From contig NIVC01003539.1 of the NCBI GenBank assembly GCA_002269645.1, positions 28,224-92,223 on the forward strand: 64,000 nt of DNA. Direction: 5' to 3'. Positions 1 to 14,364 of this stretch are shown piece after piece; within the stretch, counting starts at the first letter, position 1, and each line of letters begins with the position of its first letter. Below the pieces are notes generated by a model, which worked only from the letters and a program-made list of their open reading frames with translations, ran no database searches and had not been told where the DNA came from. Position numbers and translations under genes: made by a program. The DNA is from Macrostomum lignano (taxonomy: Eukaryota).

Positions 1-264
1 TGTCTGTCAGAGTGTCTGTCCGTAAGTCTGTACGTGTGTCTGTGTGTCTGTCCGCGTGTCTGTGTCTGTCAGAGTGTCTGTCCGTAAGTCTGTACGTGTG
101 TCTGTCTGTGTGTCTGTCCGTGTGTCTGTCTGTCTGTGTGTCTGCCCGTGTATCTGTCCGTGTGTCTGTCTGTCTGTGTGTCTGCCCGTGTATCTGTCCG
201 TGTGTCGGTCTGTGTCTGTCTGTGTGTCTGTGTGTGTGTCTGTCTGTGTGTCTGCCCGTGTGCC

Positions 265-305
<41 letters not shown>

Positions 306-310
306 TTCTG
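1..310. repeat. (TGTC/TG)n microsatellite; (GACA)n also at about 650-840, 22940-23050 and 27505-28036
   Basis: Visible simple repeats. Confidence 0.97.
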
Positions 311-329
311 TAGGTCACTGCAGACTCAC

Positions 330-682
330 CTGGCAGCTATAATAGTCCACCAGCTCTTGCATGCTGGAGAACTGGGCTTTCCGGGTGATGAAGAATCCAG
401 CGCAGTTGTCCAGCTGGCGAATCCGATAGTGCTTGACGGTGTCCTGGCCATCCAGCGGCTTGTCCAACACTGACAGCGAGTAGCTGGCTGCAATTAATTT
501 CATTGGTTGGAGTTGGATGCGTAAATATAATAATATGCATGTACCATTTTACTACTCGCAGGCATGTGAGTAGTCTCTTTTAAATCTGAAAAAAAGTTTA
601 AATATTGTATTTAAATACAGATTACGATCTGTGTGAATGATTTTTGAAGGACAGACAGGACAGAGAAAGCATACATACAGAC

Positions 683-725
<43 letters not shown>

Positions 726-740
726 GGCAGACAGACAGAC

Positions 741-771
<31 letters not shown>

Positions 772-3700
772 GGCAGGCAGACAGACAGACAGGCAGGCAG
801 ACAGACAGACAGACAGACAGACACAGATACGCACACAGGTGACAGCTGTGCGGCCAGTCAGAGAGCATCAGTGCACCCACAGTCTCCAACACCTACTAGA
901 TTCCCCTGTCCCGCCCCATCGCTGCCGCACAGTGAATGTCAGCAGGCAATTTTATCTCCCACAGCCCACCGCAGCAGCTGTGCCCGCAGAAATCGCAACA
1001 AAAAGCTTCAAGTGCCAGCCTGAAACCAACTGCTGGGACTGTGGGGTGGATTTTGGTAAGAATTTACAGCCTAGAAGGACACAGGCCAGACAGACGGGAG
1101 AACAGTGCAAAACATATTTTGCTAAAGCACAATCCTGCGCTTCAATTTCAAACAAAACGATCAAAGAGCATTTTATGTCGACGACTAGAAAAGTTTCCCT
1201 AATGAATTAAAAATACGCGCTTTAAAAGCGTCACGCAACTGAAAACTAATGAAACCAAATTTAAGAGATCGAATAAACGCAGCCTTTCCTGTCTGCACAG
1301 GTGTGGGCGCTGCACTGATAAATTATTCACTAAGTCTCTCTGAAGGAGTTTCTCTCTCTCTCTCTCTCTCTCTCGACTCTTCTAGGCCGGCCTCTTGCCC
1401 GTCTCTTCTCGTGCCGAATTCTGGCGCGTGTTTCTAACATGCGCGCCGCCGCCCACCGCACAGTAGCCACGCGCTTGCGCAGTCTTACATACACCTGGCA
1501 CACTGCCAACAACATCTGCAACAGGTGGCACGCAGAGACACACAGAGACTGGCTGAGAGAGGTCGACAAGAAATTGGCAATTTAAATTAATTTCTTCTTC
1601 ACCTGCATGGCTGAGAGTCATTTCCTGTAGTGCAACTTATCTCTATCTACTCATTATCACTAAGTCTCCTTACGGCGAGGCAGCATGCTATCATTGCAAG
1701 CACAGCACACACACAATGACAAAAAAGCAAACAGAGAACAGGCAATTGAAAGTTATAGCTAAAAGAGACAGACAGGAAGATAATATCGAGGGGCCAGATC
1801 CAGTGAGATAAGGGAGTTGAGGCCTCAGCTCACCGTGCACTGTGCTGGATTCTCTGATCATGAAGGTGCCCGACGGGTTCTCCGCGCTGAGCAGGAGTCT
1901 CTCGGCCTCTTTTCTGGCGAGGGGTCCGGCGAACCAGCTGAAATTTGGGGGAGTTTTGGTAGCTCTTTGAGAGTGTGAGGGACACCTGAGCAGGCAGGGA
2001 CACCTGAGAAGACAGGGACACCTGAGCAGACAGAGACACCTGAGCAGACAGGGATACCTGAGCTGACAGGGACACCTGAGCTGACAGGGACACCTGAGCC
2101 GACAGTGACAGGGACACCTGAGCAGACAGAGACACCTGAGCAGACAGGGATACCTGAGCTGACAGGGACACCTGAGCTGACAGGGACACCTGAGCCGACA
2201 GTGACAGGGACACCTGAGCAGACAAGGACACCTGAGCAGACAGGGACACCTGAGCCAACAGTGACAGGGACACCTGAGCAGACATGGACACCTGAGCAGA
2301 CGTGGACACCTGAGCAGACAGGGACACCTGAGCAGACAGGAACACCTGAGCAGACAGGAACACCTGAGCTGACAGGAACACCTGAGCTGACAGGAACACC
2401 TGAGCAGACATGGACACCTGAGCTGACAGGAACACCTGAGCTGACAGGAACACCTGAGCTGACAGGAACACCTGAGCAGACAGGGACACCTGAGCAGACA
2501 GGGACACCTGAGCAGACAGGAACACCTGAGCTGACAGGAACACCTGAGCTGACAGGGACACCTGAGCAGACAGAGACACCTGAGCAGACAGGGACACCTG
2601 AGCCGACAGTGACAGGGACACCTGAGCAGACAGGGACACCTGAGCAGACAAGGACACCTGAGCTGACAGGGATACCTGAGCTGACAGGGACACCTGAGCT
2701 GACAGGAACACCTGAGCTGACAGGAACACCTGAGCTGACAGGGACACCTGAGCTGACAGGAACACCTGAGCTAACAGGAACACCTGAGCAGACATGGACA
2801 CCTGAGCTGACAGGAACACCTGAGCAGACAGGAACACCTGAGCTGACAGGGACACCTGAGCAGACAGGGACACCTGAGCAGACAGGGACACCTGAGCAGA
2901 CAGGGACACCTGAGCAGACAAGGACACCTGAGCAGACAGGGACACCTGAGCTAACAGGAACACCTGAGCTGACAGGAACACCTGAGCTGACAGGAACACC
3001 TGAGCTGACAGGAACACAGGAGACGAGTATAAATTATTGACACATCAATATCCCCAATAATTAGGGGAGAATCATTTCCAATAAAGAGGCAATTAAGTAA
3101 CGATACAATTATACGAGATGGGACTTATACAAAAAAATTAAAAAAAAACCTGACTAACTGTAAAAACAAAAAGTGGAACGCAGTGACACAAACAAAGAAC
3201 TAGCTAAAGCCCTAGTTAAAACTGAATCCCTGGCCACATGGCCACGCAAGCCGGCAAGTTGATACACCGAGAAAAGCAGGGAGCGGTTCCTAAGAAGCGC
3301 AGGGTGAGTTGCAGTCGCGATCAGCAAGAAATACAGCTGTGCCTGCCCAGTTCCTGGACACTATCAACATCACTGCGTTAAGAAGGCTGCTAGAGACAAA
3401 CAAAAGGCGGAAATCATAAAAAAACGATTTCGACTGCTAGAACGCATTGGGAACTCTGTGTTCAGCAGTTCTTGCGGCCTGTTTTGCTTGAAAGTGTTTC
3501 CCTCCCAAAGGAATTTGCGCCCTGAAAATTTTGCAGGGAATGGATAACCGCGAATTTGCCTGCCCTCTTCATCTTTTAGTGCGCTGACGCCGCTACCCCC
3601 TCCCTGATGCTTCAGGGGGTGCCGCCCCGCCACACCCTCCCTGATGCTTCAGATGTGCCGCCCTGCAACACCCTCCCTGATGCTTCAGTGGCCGCAGCTA

Positions 3701-6700
3701 CCCTCCCTGATGCTTCAGTGGCCGCAGCTACCCTCTCTGATGCTTCAGTGGCCGCAGCTACCCTCCCTGATGCTTCAGTGGCCGCAGCTAACCTCCCTGA
3801 TGGCCCTGATGCTTCAGTGACCGCTGCTACCCTCTCTGATGCTTCAGTGGCCGCAGCTAACCTCCCTGATGCTTCAGTGGCCGCAGCTAACCTCCCTGAT
3901 GCTTTAGTGGCCGCAGCTAACCTCCCTGATGCTTCAGTGGCCGCAGCTAACCTCCCTGATGCTTCAGTGGCCGCAGCTAACCTCCCTGATGCTTCAGTGG
4001 CCGCAGCTAACCTCTCTGATGCTTCAGTGGCCGCAGCTAACCTCCCTGATGCTTCAGTGGCCGCAGCTATCCTCCCTGATGCTTCAGTGGCCGCAGCTAA
4101 CCTCCCTGATGGCCCTGATGCTTCAGTGGCCGCTGCTACCCTCCCTGATGCTTCAGTGGCCGCAGCTACCCCCTCCCTGATGCTTCAGTGGCCGCAGCTA
4201 CCCCCTCCCTGATGCTTCAGTGGCCGCCGCTACCCCTCCCTGATGCGTGATGCCTCAGTATGAAAAACTAAATCCATCTCAAAGGAGGGCTGGAGCAGTC
4301 CGAAGACCCCTAAAAAACCTCTCTTACCATTTCGAGTCCAGCGAGTTGCCCTTAGCCAGCAGGTCCACGGGCGCGTAGCCGCAGGAGCGAGTGGTCCTGT
4401 GCTCAACGTACCACCACACCGGGTCTCTGCAAATTAAAAAACACTGCAACATCAGAATGATGATGATAAGTTTTGCACTTGAATTACCTAGCAGTCAGCC
4501 CCCAGCATTTTGAAACAAGTTTTATTACCTAGCCAGCAGGTGATTGTGACAGCATTTTATTGTGCCTGAATACCAGTATGAAAATTTTTATGTAGACTGC
4601 ATCCTAGGGGGGCCTTATGTATGACTCATAAAAAATGGTTCTGTAAAGTTCAAGAAGACGGTAATACAGAGACACGTAACGATAGCTTTGTGAAGGAGGG
4701 GAGAGGTTAGAGGTTATAACAAAGCAAATGAATTAACATTTGCGGCCCTTGCTGCTTCTCTCCCGGAACTCCCCGGCTTTCAGAAGATTTCCCCAGAATA
4801 TCGCCACACCTCACAGGCAGAAAAGTAGTTAAGTGGACCCTCCCGACCCAGTGACTAAACACCGTCACCGCTTGACAAAGACTATTACTTGCTTTTATGA
4901 TTGAACAAAGAGCGGTGATTAAGACCAGCTTGTTGTGTAATAAACGGACTAAATTTGCAAGTTTGCAAAACGGATCTTAAAACCATGAGATATTTTCAAA
5001 TCGAACTTTGCTACTCGAGCGTACTATGCTTATTCTACAGGCTTAGCCAGCACTGCATTATAGGAACCAGTATCTAAAAATCCCTGCACATCAAGAGCGA
5101 ACGCCTACATATATACATCAGATTCTATACATGGGTAGGAGACAGGGAGGGCACAGAACTGCACAGCGCATGCACCACAGCAGCAATAAAAACTTGCAAA
5201 ATTTCTGCTTTCGCTTGCCGGCCTGGCCTGGTTGGACGACAGCCAAAAAATCTTCAATTCTGACCTGCATGGTCTGACTCGTTTCCTGCGCGCAATGTCC
5301 CTTTTGAATTCTAGTGTCTTCTGTGCTCTCATCTAACCCCAGTGTGTCTTCTGTGCTCTCATCTAACCCCAGTGTGTCTTCTGTGCTCTCATCTAACCCC
5401 AGTGTGTCTTCTGTGCTCTCATCTCACCCCAGTGTGTCTTCTGTGCTCTCATCACACCCCAGTGTGTCTTCTGTGCTCTCATCTCACCCCAGTGTGTCTT
5501 CTGTGCTCTCATCTCACCCCAGTGTGTATTCTGTGCTCTCATCTCACCCCAGTGTGTCTTCTGTGCTCTCATCTCACCCCAGTGTGTCTTCTGTGCTCTC
5601 ATCTCACCCCAGTGTGTCTTCTGTGCTCTCATCTCACCCCAGTGTGTCTTCTGTGCTCTCATCTCACCCCAGTGTGTATTCTGTGCTCTCATCTCACCCC
5701 AGTGTGTCTTCTGTGCTCTCATCTCACCCCAGTGTGTCTTCTATGCTCTCATCTCACCCCAGTGTGTCTTCTGTGCTCTCATCTCACCCAGTGTGTCTTC
5801 TGTGCTCTCATCTCACCCCAGTGTGTCTTCTGTGCTCTCATCTCACCCCAGTGTGTCTTCTGTGCTCTCATCTCACCCCAGTGTGTCTTCTGTGCTCTCA
5901 TCTCACCCCAGTGTGTATTCTGTGCTCTCATCTCACCCTAGTGTGTCTTCTGAGCTCTCATCTCACCCCAGTGTGTCTTCTGTGCTCTCATCTCACCCCT
6001 GTGTGTATTCTGTGCTCTCATCTCACCCGTGTGTATTCTGTGCTCTCATCTCACCCCAGTGTGTCTTCTGTGCTCTCATCTCACCCCTGTGTGTATTCTG
6101 TGCTCTCATCTCACCCCAGTGTCTCTTCTGTGCTCTCATCTCCCCAGTGCGTCTCTAACCCATTACCCACTCACCTCCGTTTCTAACCCACTCACCTCAC
6201 CGTCTCTAACCCACTCACCTCACCTCCGTCTTAACCCACTCACCTCACCTCCGTCTATAACCCACTCACCTCACCGTCTCTAACCCACTCACCTCACCTC
6301 CGTCTCTAACCCACTCACCTCACCTCCGTCTATAACCCACTCACCTCACCGTCTATAACCCACTCACCTCACCGTCTCTAACCCACTCACCTCACCTCCG
6401 TCTCTAACCCACTCACCTCACCGTCTCTAACCTACTCACATCACCTCCGTCTCTAACCCACTCACCTCACCCCCGTCTATAACCCACTCACCTCACCTCC
6501 GTCTCTAACCCACTCACCTCACCTCCGTCTCTAACCCACTCACCTCACCTCCGTCTCTAACCCACTCACCTCACCTCCGTCTATAACCCACTCACCTCAC
6601 CTCCGTCTTAACCCACTCACCTCACCTCCGTCTTAACCCACTCACCTCACCTCCGTCTTAACCCACTCACCTCACCTCCGTCTCTAACCCACTCACCTCA

Positions 6701-8454
6701 CCGTCTCTAACCCACTCACCTCACCTCCGTCTCTAAGATAATCGTGTCTACTAACCCATTGTTATAACCTTTGGAACTAGATTGTGGTGGAAATATTAGA
6801 AATAGAAAACTGAATAAACGCGGAGAGAATGAAACCTAATCGAGATATCAGCTGCATCGTGAGCTGCATTCACAACCCGGCCGCCCACATACAATTCCAT
6901 TCAGTATTGAGCACATTTCTAGTCATGCCCAACAGCCCAATGAATTCCCAATTTAGCCATTCTGCAGACTCATGCTCCGAATTGATTGTCTAAAAACTGC
7001 CAGGTAACGCGAGAATAGATCACCAAGCAGCTAAAAGCCGACTGCCGCTCACCATTGTGCTCGTCTCTTCTGCCAGTTTGAGAGTCAGAGCTGTGCTGCA
7101 TGCTTGAATGCTCTCTACTCCCTCGTAGCAAAGCAATTCACCTGTTTCCCACTCTAAGGAGAATTAGTCATATCTGCTAACAAACCTGTTTTTCTATTTG
7201 ATGCGTTGGCAGGCCAAGTATCAAATTGGTGCCAAAATGGTTTCAAAGCATCTCGATTAGGCTAAGGGACAGGGGAGATTAGGCTAAGAGACAGGGGAGA
7301 TTAGGCTGAGAGACAGGGGAGATTGGGCTAAGGGACAGGGGAGATTAGGCTAAGAGACAGGGGAGATTAGGCTAAGGGACACTGGGACAGGGGAGATTAG
7401 GCTAAGGGACAGGGGAGATTAGGCTAAGAGACAGGGGAGATTAGGCTAAGAGACAGGGGAGATTAGGCTGAGAGACAGGGGAGATTAGGCTAAGGGACAG
7501 AGGAGATTAGGCTAAGGGACAGGGGAGATTAGGCTGAGAGACAGGGGAGATTAGGCTAAGGGACAGGGGAGATTAGGCTAAGAGACAGGGGAGATTAGGC
7601 TAAGGGACACTGGGACAGGGGAGATTAGGCTAAGGGACAGGGGAGATTAGGCTAAGGGACAGGGGAGATTAGGCTAAGAGACAGGGGAGATTAGGCTAAG
7701 AGACAGGGGAGATTAGGCTGAGAGATAGGGGAGATTAGGCTAAGGGACAGGGGAGATTAGGCTAAGGGACAGGGGAGATTAGGCTAAGAGACAGGGGAGA
7801 TTAGGCTAAGGGACAGGGGAGATTAGGCTGAGAGACAGGGGAGATTAGGCTGAGAGACAGGGGAGATTAGGCTAAGGACAGGGGAGATTAGGCTAAGGGA
7901 CAGGGGAGATTAGGCTGAGAGACAGGAGAGATTAGGTTAGACTTAGATTGGACAATTAGGCTAAAGGCATTAATTAAGCAAGCCAGAACTCACACAGCGT
8001 TGATGAGGTACATGACATCGCCAGCACAGAATGTGATTTCATCCTCAGTCCGTGCACTGTAATCGAATTTCGCCACAATCCGAGTGGATTGCTGCTGCTG
8101 CTGCTGTTGGCACTGAGCCAGCTGTTGCAGACCGTTGCTGCTAACCTGGTGCAGCTTCTTCAAAGATGAAGCTCGAGAAGATGACGAACTATTATTATTA
8201 TTATTGTGGCTGACAATGAGCGGCACAGGTGTTGTATTGGAGGAACGGGGCCTGGACTGGCACAGTTGCTGACTAGAATTGGACTGTCTGAATAGCGCAA
8301 TCTGCTGCTCCAGTCTCTGATGCAGCTCCGGCTCAGAGTTGAGCCGGTTCGAGCTGGCTTGTCCATTAGCGGCAAGCGGCTGCGGCATTGGGGCGCAGTC
8401 GAAATCAACAGCGCCGTCGCATTCGCCGCTTTGACGCGATACGCAGCCACCCAT
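330..8454 (-). CDS. Src/Frk (Src42A-like) non-receptor tyrosine kinase, N-terminal part (SH3+SH2); kinase domain beyond the left edge
   Basis: Phase-consistent GT-AG exons 8454-7994, 4426-4328, 1937-1834 and 487-330. Start MGGCVS (myristoylation Gly2, Cys4). SH3: [15 protein letters not shown]...DPVWWYV...GYAP. SH2: [16 protein letters not shown]...GTFMIRES...SYSLSV...[10 protein letters not shown]. Confidence 0.92.
1978..3022. repeat. 18-bp minisatellite GACACCTGAGCAGACAGG
   Basis: Tandem units in a Src intron. Confidence 0.97.
3594..4245. repeat. 30-bp minisatellite CCCTCCCTGATGCTTCAGTGGCCGCAGCTA
   Basis: Tandem units. Confidence 0.97.
5318..6736. repeat. Adjacent 30-bp (AGTGTGTCTTCTGTGCTCTCATCTCACCCC) and 26-bp (AACCCACTCACCTCACCTCCGTCTCT) minisatellites
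   Basis: Tandem units, switching at about 6150. Confidence 0.97.
7255..7940. repeat. 22-bp minisatellite TTAGGCTAAGGGACAGGGGAGA
   Basis: Tandem units. Confidence 0.97.
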
Positions 8455-10424
8455 CCTGCGCGATGATGCCTTCTAGCCGAAGTGTTGCGTTGCTGAATGA
8501 ATCCTTCCTGGACAAAGCAGCGTCAAGTTGTTTAAAGGAAACTAGGAAAATGCCTGCCTGGTGAGTGGCAATGGCAGAGTGCCAATGAGGTGGGTAAGAG
8601 AACTACAGATGAGTAGAGCCTTAACCAAATAGCTTATATAGCTCTCTAAATACAACACGTCTTGTTCTTAAGCGCGATATTAAGAGCGAAGTCTGTCTGG
8701 TAGTTCCTGTCAAGGGGGGGAATAATTTAAATTGTAATGCACCCCACAGCCGGGGTGGCGGTGTGGCCAATGGAGGAGGTTTGAAAGGCGTGGGTGGCGC
8801 CGGTAAGGACAGACAGGAGGGGCCCTGAAGCGAGTTTCAAGCGAGCCGGGTTTTTACTCGCATTTAACGGAAGGCCCTATGGGGGTCTGTCTGGGTGCCG
8901 GCATTTAAGATCGATAAATTATATGGGGGCCCGGCCCCGGAGGGGGGTGGGGGTGGCCCGGCCGGGCTGAGGAAGGAGGGGTCTGAGTTGCAAGGCTAGG
9001 GCGGGTGGGGTGGGGTGAGAATTAGAACAGGGCAGGGGGTGGAAGAGGGGGGTTGGTTCCCAGCAAGGCCTGTCTGTGCGTAGGAGTTTTAAATGGGGCG
9101 TGGAACTGGCAATGCGGATTGTTGTAATAAGGCCAAACCAAACTCATTCCCAGCCAATAGCAGGCTAGGGCAAGGCGATGCGCAAATAATCCTACTGTTA
9201 GTAGGTGACTTTAGACGCTAAGGAAAAACAGCTCAATGGCGGATTAAAGAGTGACGCCCAAGTTCGTCATGTCTATAAATAATCGAATAGTATGCGCCAG
9301 CCAATGCAAAAACTGGCACGCTTTGCACTTAGCGCGTTGTTGCTTATAGTTAAAAAAACAGCGCGCAGTTTAGAGGGAGCTGAAATAAAAGAACATTAGA
9401 AGACAGGCGGTCACATGCTGTATCCCCGAGATATAGATAGAACTTACGACATTTTCAAGCCCTTATTATAGTTTGAGAGAGAGCGAGAGAGAGAGAAGCT
9501 GCCTTCCCCCACTAATCCCATGCAGTACAGGCGTGCACAGTGCACAGCAGATTGCAAGATGGTGACTAAGTGACTAATAATAAAAAATAGCGCACAGTTT
9601 CAGCCCGGAAAGGAAACCGAATCAAATTAGTTCAGGTCTTAGCCTTGGCAATAGGGGCAAAACAAACAGGCCGAGGAACTGAGGAGACAACGTGGAACAA
9701 ATTTAAAAATAGACATTACGACAGAAATCAGCTCGCAGTTGTTTATAACGCGGCATGGCTGCACGTGATTTCATAAATTACAAGTTTATGAATTGCACTT
9801 TTAAACACAGGAAATGAGGAAAGAAACAACATCATCCAGATTCATCTTCACAGATCGGCAATTCATATTTTCAACAATGAGCTGATTGTGTGTGTGTTAC
9901 AGGCACAATGTATTTATTTGGTATTCAAGTTTATAATTACTTGATATTTGATACAGGCAGCCTGTTACATGATAGTTCTGCGTATCGAGCTAACAGACAG
10001 GTAAACTAACAAGGGCTGCTCAAGTAGGAGGACGGGAAGCTACGTTTCTAGGGATTTTTTAGGAGGCCGGTTTTACCAAAGAAATACATTATTACGGAGA
10101 ATGGAGGTTTTCATTTTTCCAGCGCCTAATTTAGAACCCTACTAACTTTCTAAATGAAAAGCTTTATGAAAATCAATAGAACTATAAGCAAGGCAAGACA
10201 TATCAAAAGATAAACATTGGGTCTTATTTACATTAAAATCAATAACCTCCTAAAATCCAAGAAACGTAGTCCTCCGTCCTAGTACTTGAGCAGGCCTTAG
10301 TAACTAACTTCTCAGTTAACTACATTAACTCACAGCTGATATTGTAAAAGCACAAATTAATTTGGTAAAAAACACGCGCGCTATATACTACTTACTTTTA
10401 GCACTGCTAACTGTATCGCTAAAT

Positions 10425-11047
10425 CAGGGGTTGCAAACTTTTTAACTCAAGGGCTGGCCCAGAGGAAGGGAAAGAGAGGAGGGAATAGATGGTAGAATGC
10501 ACAAGAGGGAAGGGAGAGAAGAAGGGAGAGGAGAGAAGGGAGAGACGAAGAGAGAGAAGAGAAGGGAGAGAAGGGAGAGGAGAGAAGGGAGAGAAGAAGG
10601 GAGAGAAGAGAAGGGAGAGAAGAGAAGGGAGAGAAGGGAGAGAAGAAGGGAGAGAAGAGAAGGGAGAGAAGAGAAGGGAGAGAAGGGAGAGGAGAGAAGG
10701 GAGAGAAGAGAAGGGAGAGAAGAGAAGGGAGAGAAGGGAGAGGAGAGAAGGGAGAGGAGAGAAGGGAGAGGAGAGAAGGGAGAGGAGAGAAGGGAGAGGA
10801 GAGAAGGGAGAGGAGAGAAGGGAGAGGAGAGAAGGGAGAGGAGAGAAGGGAGAGGAGAGAAGGGAGAGGAGAGAAGGGAGAGGAGAGAAGGGAGAGGAGA
10901 GAAGGGAGAGGAGAGAAGGGAGAGGAGAGAAGGCTGAGAGAGCTTAGAAGAGCCACAAACCTTAGGCGGGGCCGGATTGCAATGGTGAAGTTTCAAAGGA
11001 CCCCAAAGGCCGCATATGGCACGCGGGCTGGAGTTTGCTAACCCCTA
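10425..11047. mobile_element. hAT-type MITE containing an expanded GA-rich minisatellite (about 10505-10935)
   Basis: Imperfect termini CAGGGGTTGCAAACT and AGTTTGCTAACCCCTA with a subterminal GGCCGCATATGGCACGCGGGC. The flanking 8-mers (CGCTAAAT, TCCTACAG) differ, so no intact TSD. Confidence 0.55.
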
Positions 11048-11119
11048 TCCTACAGCATTACTATTCCCCTCTAGCTACCAGGCGTAGAGCTAACTAAAAT
11101 ATCCCCCCATGAATAAAAA

Positions 11120-13180
11120 TCAAATATAGGTGCACTTCTCGGCCGGAATGTGACCCGAGTTGCCAACGTATCGAACTGCCACCCGGCCATTTGGCCGAAT
11201 AGTTATCCAGGTGATGGAGCCGTGGTCTAGGCTGAACCGGAGCCAAGCCTCCGGCGGCAGCTGCAACGCCCGGCAGACGAAATAGCGAATAACGTTGGCG
11301 TGACAGACCAGCAATTCGTAGCTGTCCTCGGCTTGGCTGGCCGACGCCCGATGGAAGAAGCGGCGAAATGCGGACTCGATACGGGCTCCGTCCTGCGGGG
11401 GAGACCCCAGATAAGCAAAGCTAGCGAATTCTTTCGATTTTTTATTTGGCGATATTCGCGTGTTTCTCTACTGACAGTAGAAAATAAGGCATTTGAAATT
11501 GATAAAATTCTACAAAACTAGCTTGAATTTATGAGCAAATTATCAAATAGAGAGGCCGATGATCAATGAGAGGGGCGGATGATCTAAGTGAGGGGCGGAT
11601 GCTCAAGGAGAGGGGCGGATGATCTAAGTGAGGGGCGGATGATCTAAGTGAGGGGCGGATGCTCAAGGAGAAGGGCGGTGATCAAGAAGAGGGGCGGATG
11701 ATCAGAGAGGCGGATGATCAATGAGAGGAGGGGTAGATGATCAATGCGAGGAGGGGCGGATGATCAAGGAGAGGGGCGGATGATTAATGAGAGAACGGAT
11801 GATCAGTGGGCGGATGATCAATGAGTGAACGGATGATCAGAGGGGCGGATGATCAATGAGAGGAGGGGTGGATGATCAAGGAGAGGGGCGGTTGATCAAT
11901 GAGAGGGGCGGATGATCTAAGTGAGGGGCGGATGCTCAAGGAGAGGGGCGGATGATCTAAGTGAGGGCGGATGATCAATGAGAGGCGTGGTGGATGATCA
12001 ATGAGAGGAGGGGCGGATGATCAAGGAGAGGGGCGGATGATCAATGAGAGGAGGGGCGGATGATCAAGGATAGGGGCGGATGATCAGAGGGGCGGATGAT
12101 CAATGAGAGGAGTGGTGGATGATCAAGGATAGGGGCGGATGATAAATGAGAGGGGCGGATGATCCAGGAACCAAGTGGCATATGAAAACAGTAGGAAAAA
12201 ATAAATAAAATACACAGCAGCAGCGAGCAGACCTGATGAAATGTGTCCGGGCTGGGCTGATAGTGCGGCGCCGGTGGCTCAGGCGGCACAGGTGCGCCCT
12301 CCTCAAGCAAGGAGCAGGGCTCAGCGCTCAGGCTGCTCGGCAGATGACGGCGAATTGCTTCAGCTGTTTGCCTGCAGACACGGATTGAATGAAAGCGGCG
12401 AATACACAAATAAGGTTAAACAAAAAGGGCGACAGATGACCAAGGGGCGGATGACCTAAGGGGGGAGAGGAAGACACAAGACAGGATGCGGATAAGCAAC
12501 AGGTGAGATGAGTGACTTAAGGCGGCAGCTAAAGGCGGATACTGAAGGGGCAGATGACCCAGGGCAGACAACTGAAGGGGCGGATGGCCCAGGGCGGATA
12601 AAGGGCGGATAACTGAAGGGACAGGTGACCCAGGGGTGGATAGTATCCATGGAGGCCAACAAAAGGCCCTAAAAGTGGTTAAACAAAGCATGCAGGCCCC
12701 TCACTTGGCCCTAGTCATGGTGGAGAAGTGCAGCTTAATCAGCGGCAAGTTCAGCTCTTTGAGCCGCTGGCCAGTGAGCTCAGCCTGTTGCCAGCCGAGC
12801 TCAGTGAGACACCTGGCCGCGTCGGTGTCGCCGTCGCAGTACTGGGCGTGCCGCACCAGGATGAGGTGCCTGGACGATTTCGGCACAGCCTCCTCGAGAG
12901 CTTTCTCATAGGCTGCCCTTTCTTCATCATTACGCGGCGGCCGGACCAGACTCTTGGGATCTCGCCTATCCCAATTGTTATCCCAGCGTACGGACGGTTC
13001 GAAATTATTGGTGAAGGAGGCCAAAGCCTGGCTAGAGTGCAGGAACCGGGCGGCCAGGCCGGTGCCGCCGTAGGTTCCGCCAGCTCCGCTGCCGTCCTCA
13101 AAGCGCTGATAGTAACGATAGGCGCCTATTGCGGCCGCTGTGCCGAACAGGGCGGCGCATTTGCGTAGCACGCCGGACAT
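11120..13180 (-). CDS. PGAM5: Mitochondrial Ser/Thr phosphatase PGAM5
   Basis: Exons 13180-12705, 12371-12233 and 11392-11120, phases consistent. N-terminal hydrophobic anchor, WDNNWDRR, catalytic [59 protein letters not shown]. Confidence 0.96.
11560..12165. repeat. GAGGGGCGGATGATCAATGA-type minisatellite in a PGAM5 intron
   Basis: Degenerate tandem units of about 20 bp. Confidence 0.93.
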
Positions 13181-13247
13181 TCTGGCATGACAGATAGGGG
13201 GGGGGGGCAATTTTAATGGCTGACTGGCTGGAGATGAAATGTAGTGC

Positions 13248-13862
13248 TGCTCGCTATCTACCCTATGGTGTGCTCGCTATCTACCCTATGGGGTGCTCGC
13301 TATCTACCCTATGGTGTGCTCACTATCTACCCTATGGTGTGCTCGCTATCTACCCTATGGGGTGCTTGCTATCTACCCTATGGTGTGCTCGCTATCTACC
13401 CTATGGGGTGCTTGCTATCTACCCTATGGTGTGCTCGCTATCTACCCTATGGGGTGCTTGCTATCTACCCTATGGTGTGCTCGCTATCTACCCTATGGGG
13501 TGCTCGCTATCTACCCTATGGTGTGCTCACTATCTAATCTATGGTGTGCTCGCTATCTACCCTATAGTTTATTCGCTATCTACCCTATGGAGTGCTTGCT
13601 ATGTACTCTATGGTGTGCTCACTATCTACCCTATGGTTTATTTGCTATTTACCCTATGGTGTGCTCGCTATCTACCCTATGGTGTGCTCACTATCTAATC
13701 TATGTTGTGTTCGCTATCTACCCTATGGTTTATTCGCTATTTACCCTATGGTGTGCTCGCTATCTACCCTATGGTGTGCTCACTATCTAATCTATGTTGT
13801 GTTCGCTATCTACCCTATGGTTTATTCGCTATTTACCCTATGGTGTGCTCGCTATCTACCCT
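13248..13862. repeat. 23-bp minisatellite CTATCTACCCTATGGTGTGCTCG
   Basis: Tandem units between PGAM5 and the PRELI gene. Confidence 0.96.
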
Positions 13863-14364
13863 AGCATACTCCTACCTAAACACAAATAAAGACGCGCATT
13901 AAATTTACAAAACAAATCATAACAGTTTTACACTTTTAATTAATATAATTAAACTATGCATTCAAACTTGCGCCACTGTGAAACAATCTTCGGTAGAAAT
14001 CCAGTTGGTTCTCATATCCTTGAACTAAGCTTTTCGTTTATTAGTTAGTTATTTATTTATTTGTTGCAACAAACGTTGAACTCTACTAATAGTAGGCTAG
14101 TTAGCTGGGGAGAGATTGAGTTTAAAAGTAAAAAAACCCACAGAAAGTAATATATTAAAAATATGAGTATGCAAAATATTGCATAGGTTACAATTAAATC
14201 CAGCAAATAGAAATATGTTATGAAGAAATTATTAATATATAGTCGGTACAATAAACTATAGACATGGGAGTTGTCCGGGTAGTTTTCATATTTGATTTTC
14301 CTCACGAGTCGATCTCGTAACTTTGAAGACCATAAAAAATCAGCAATTTAGCAGAGAACTCGGG

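Noticed and set aside
6150-7940. Telomere-like TAACCC and TTAGG motifs
   Set aside because: Only single motifs within 26-bp and 22-bp minisatellite units, not tandem telomeric repeats.
8690-9400. GC-rich block upstream of Src as an LTR or defined promoter
   Set aside because: No terminal repeats, paired copy or diagnostic motif that I can support.
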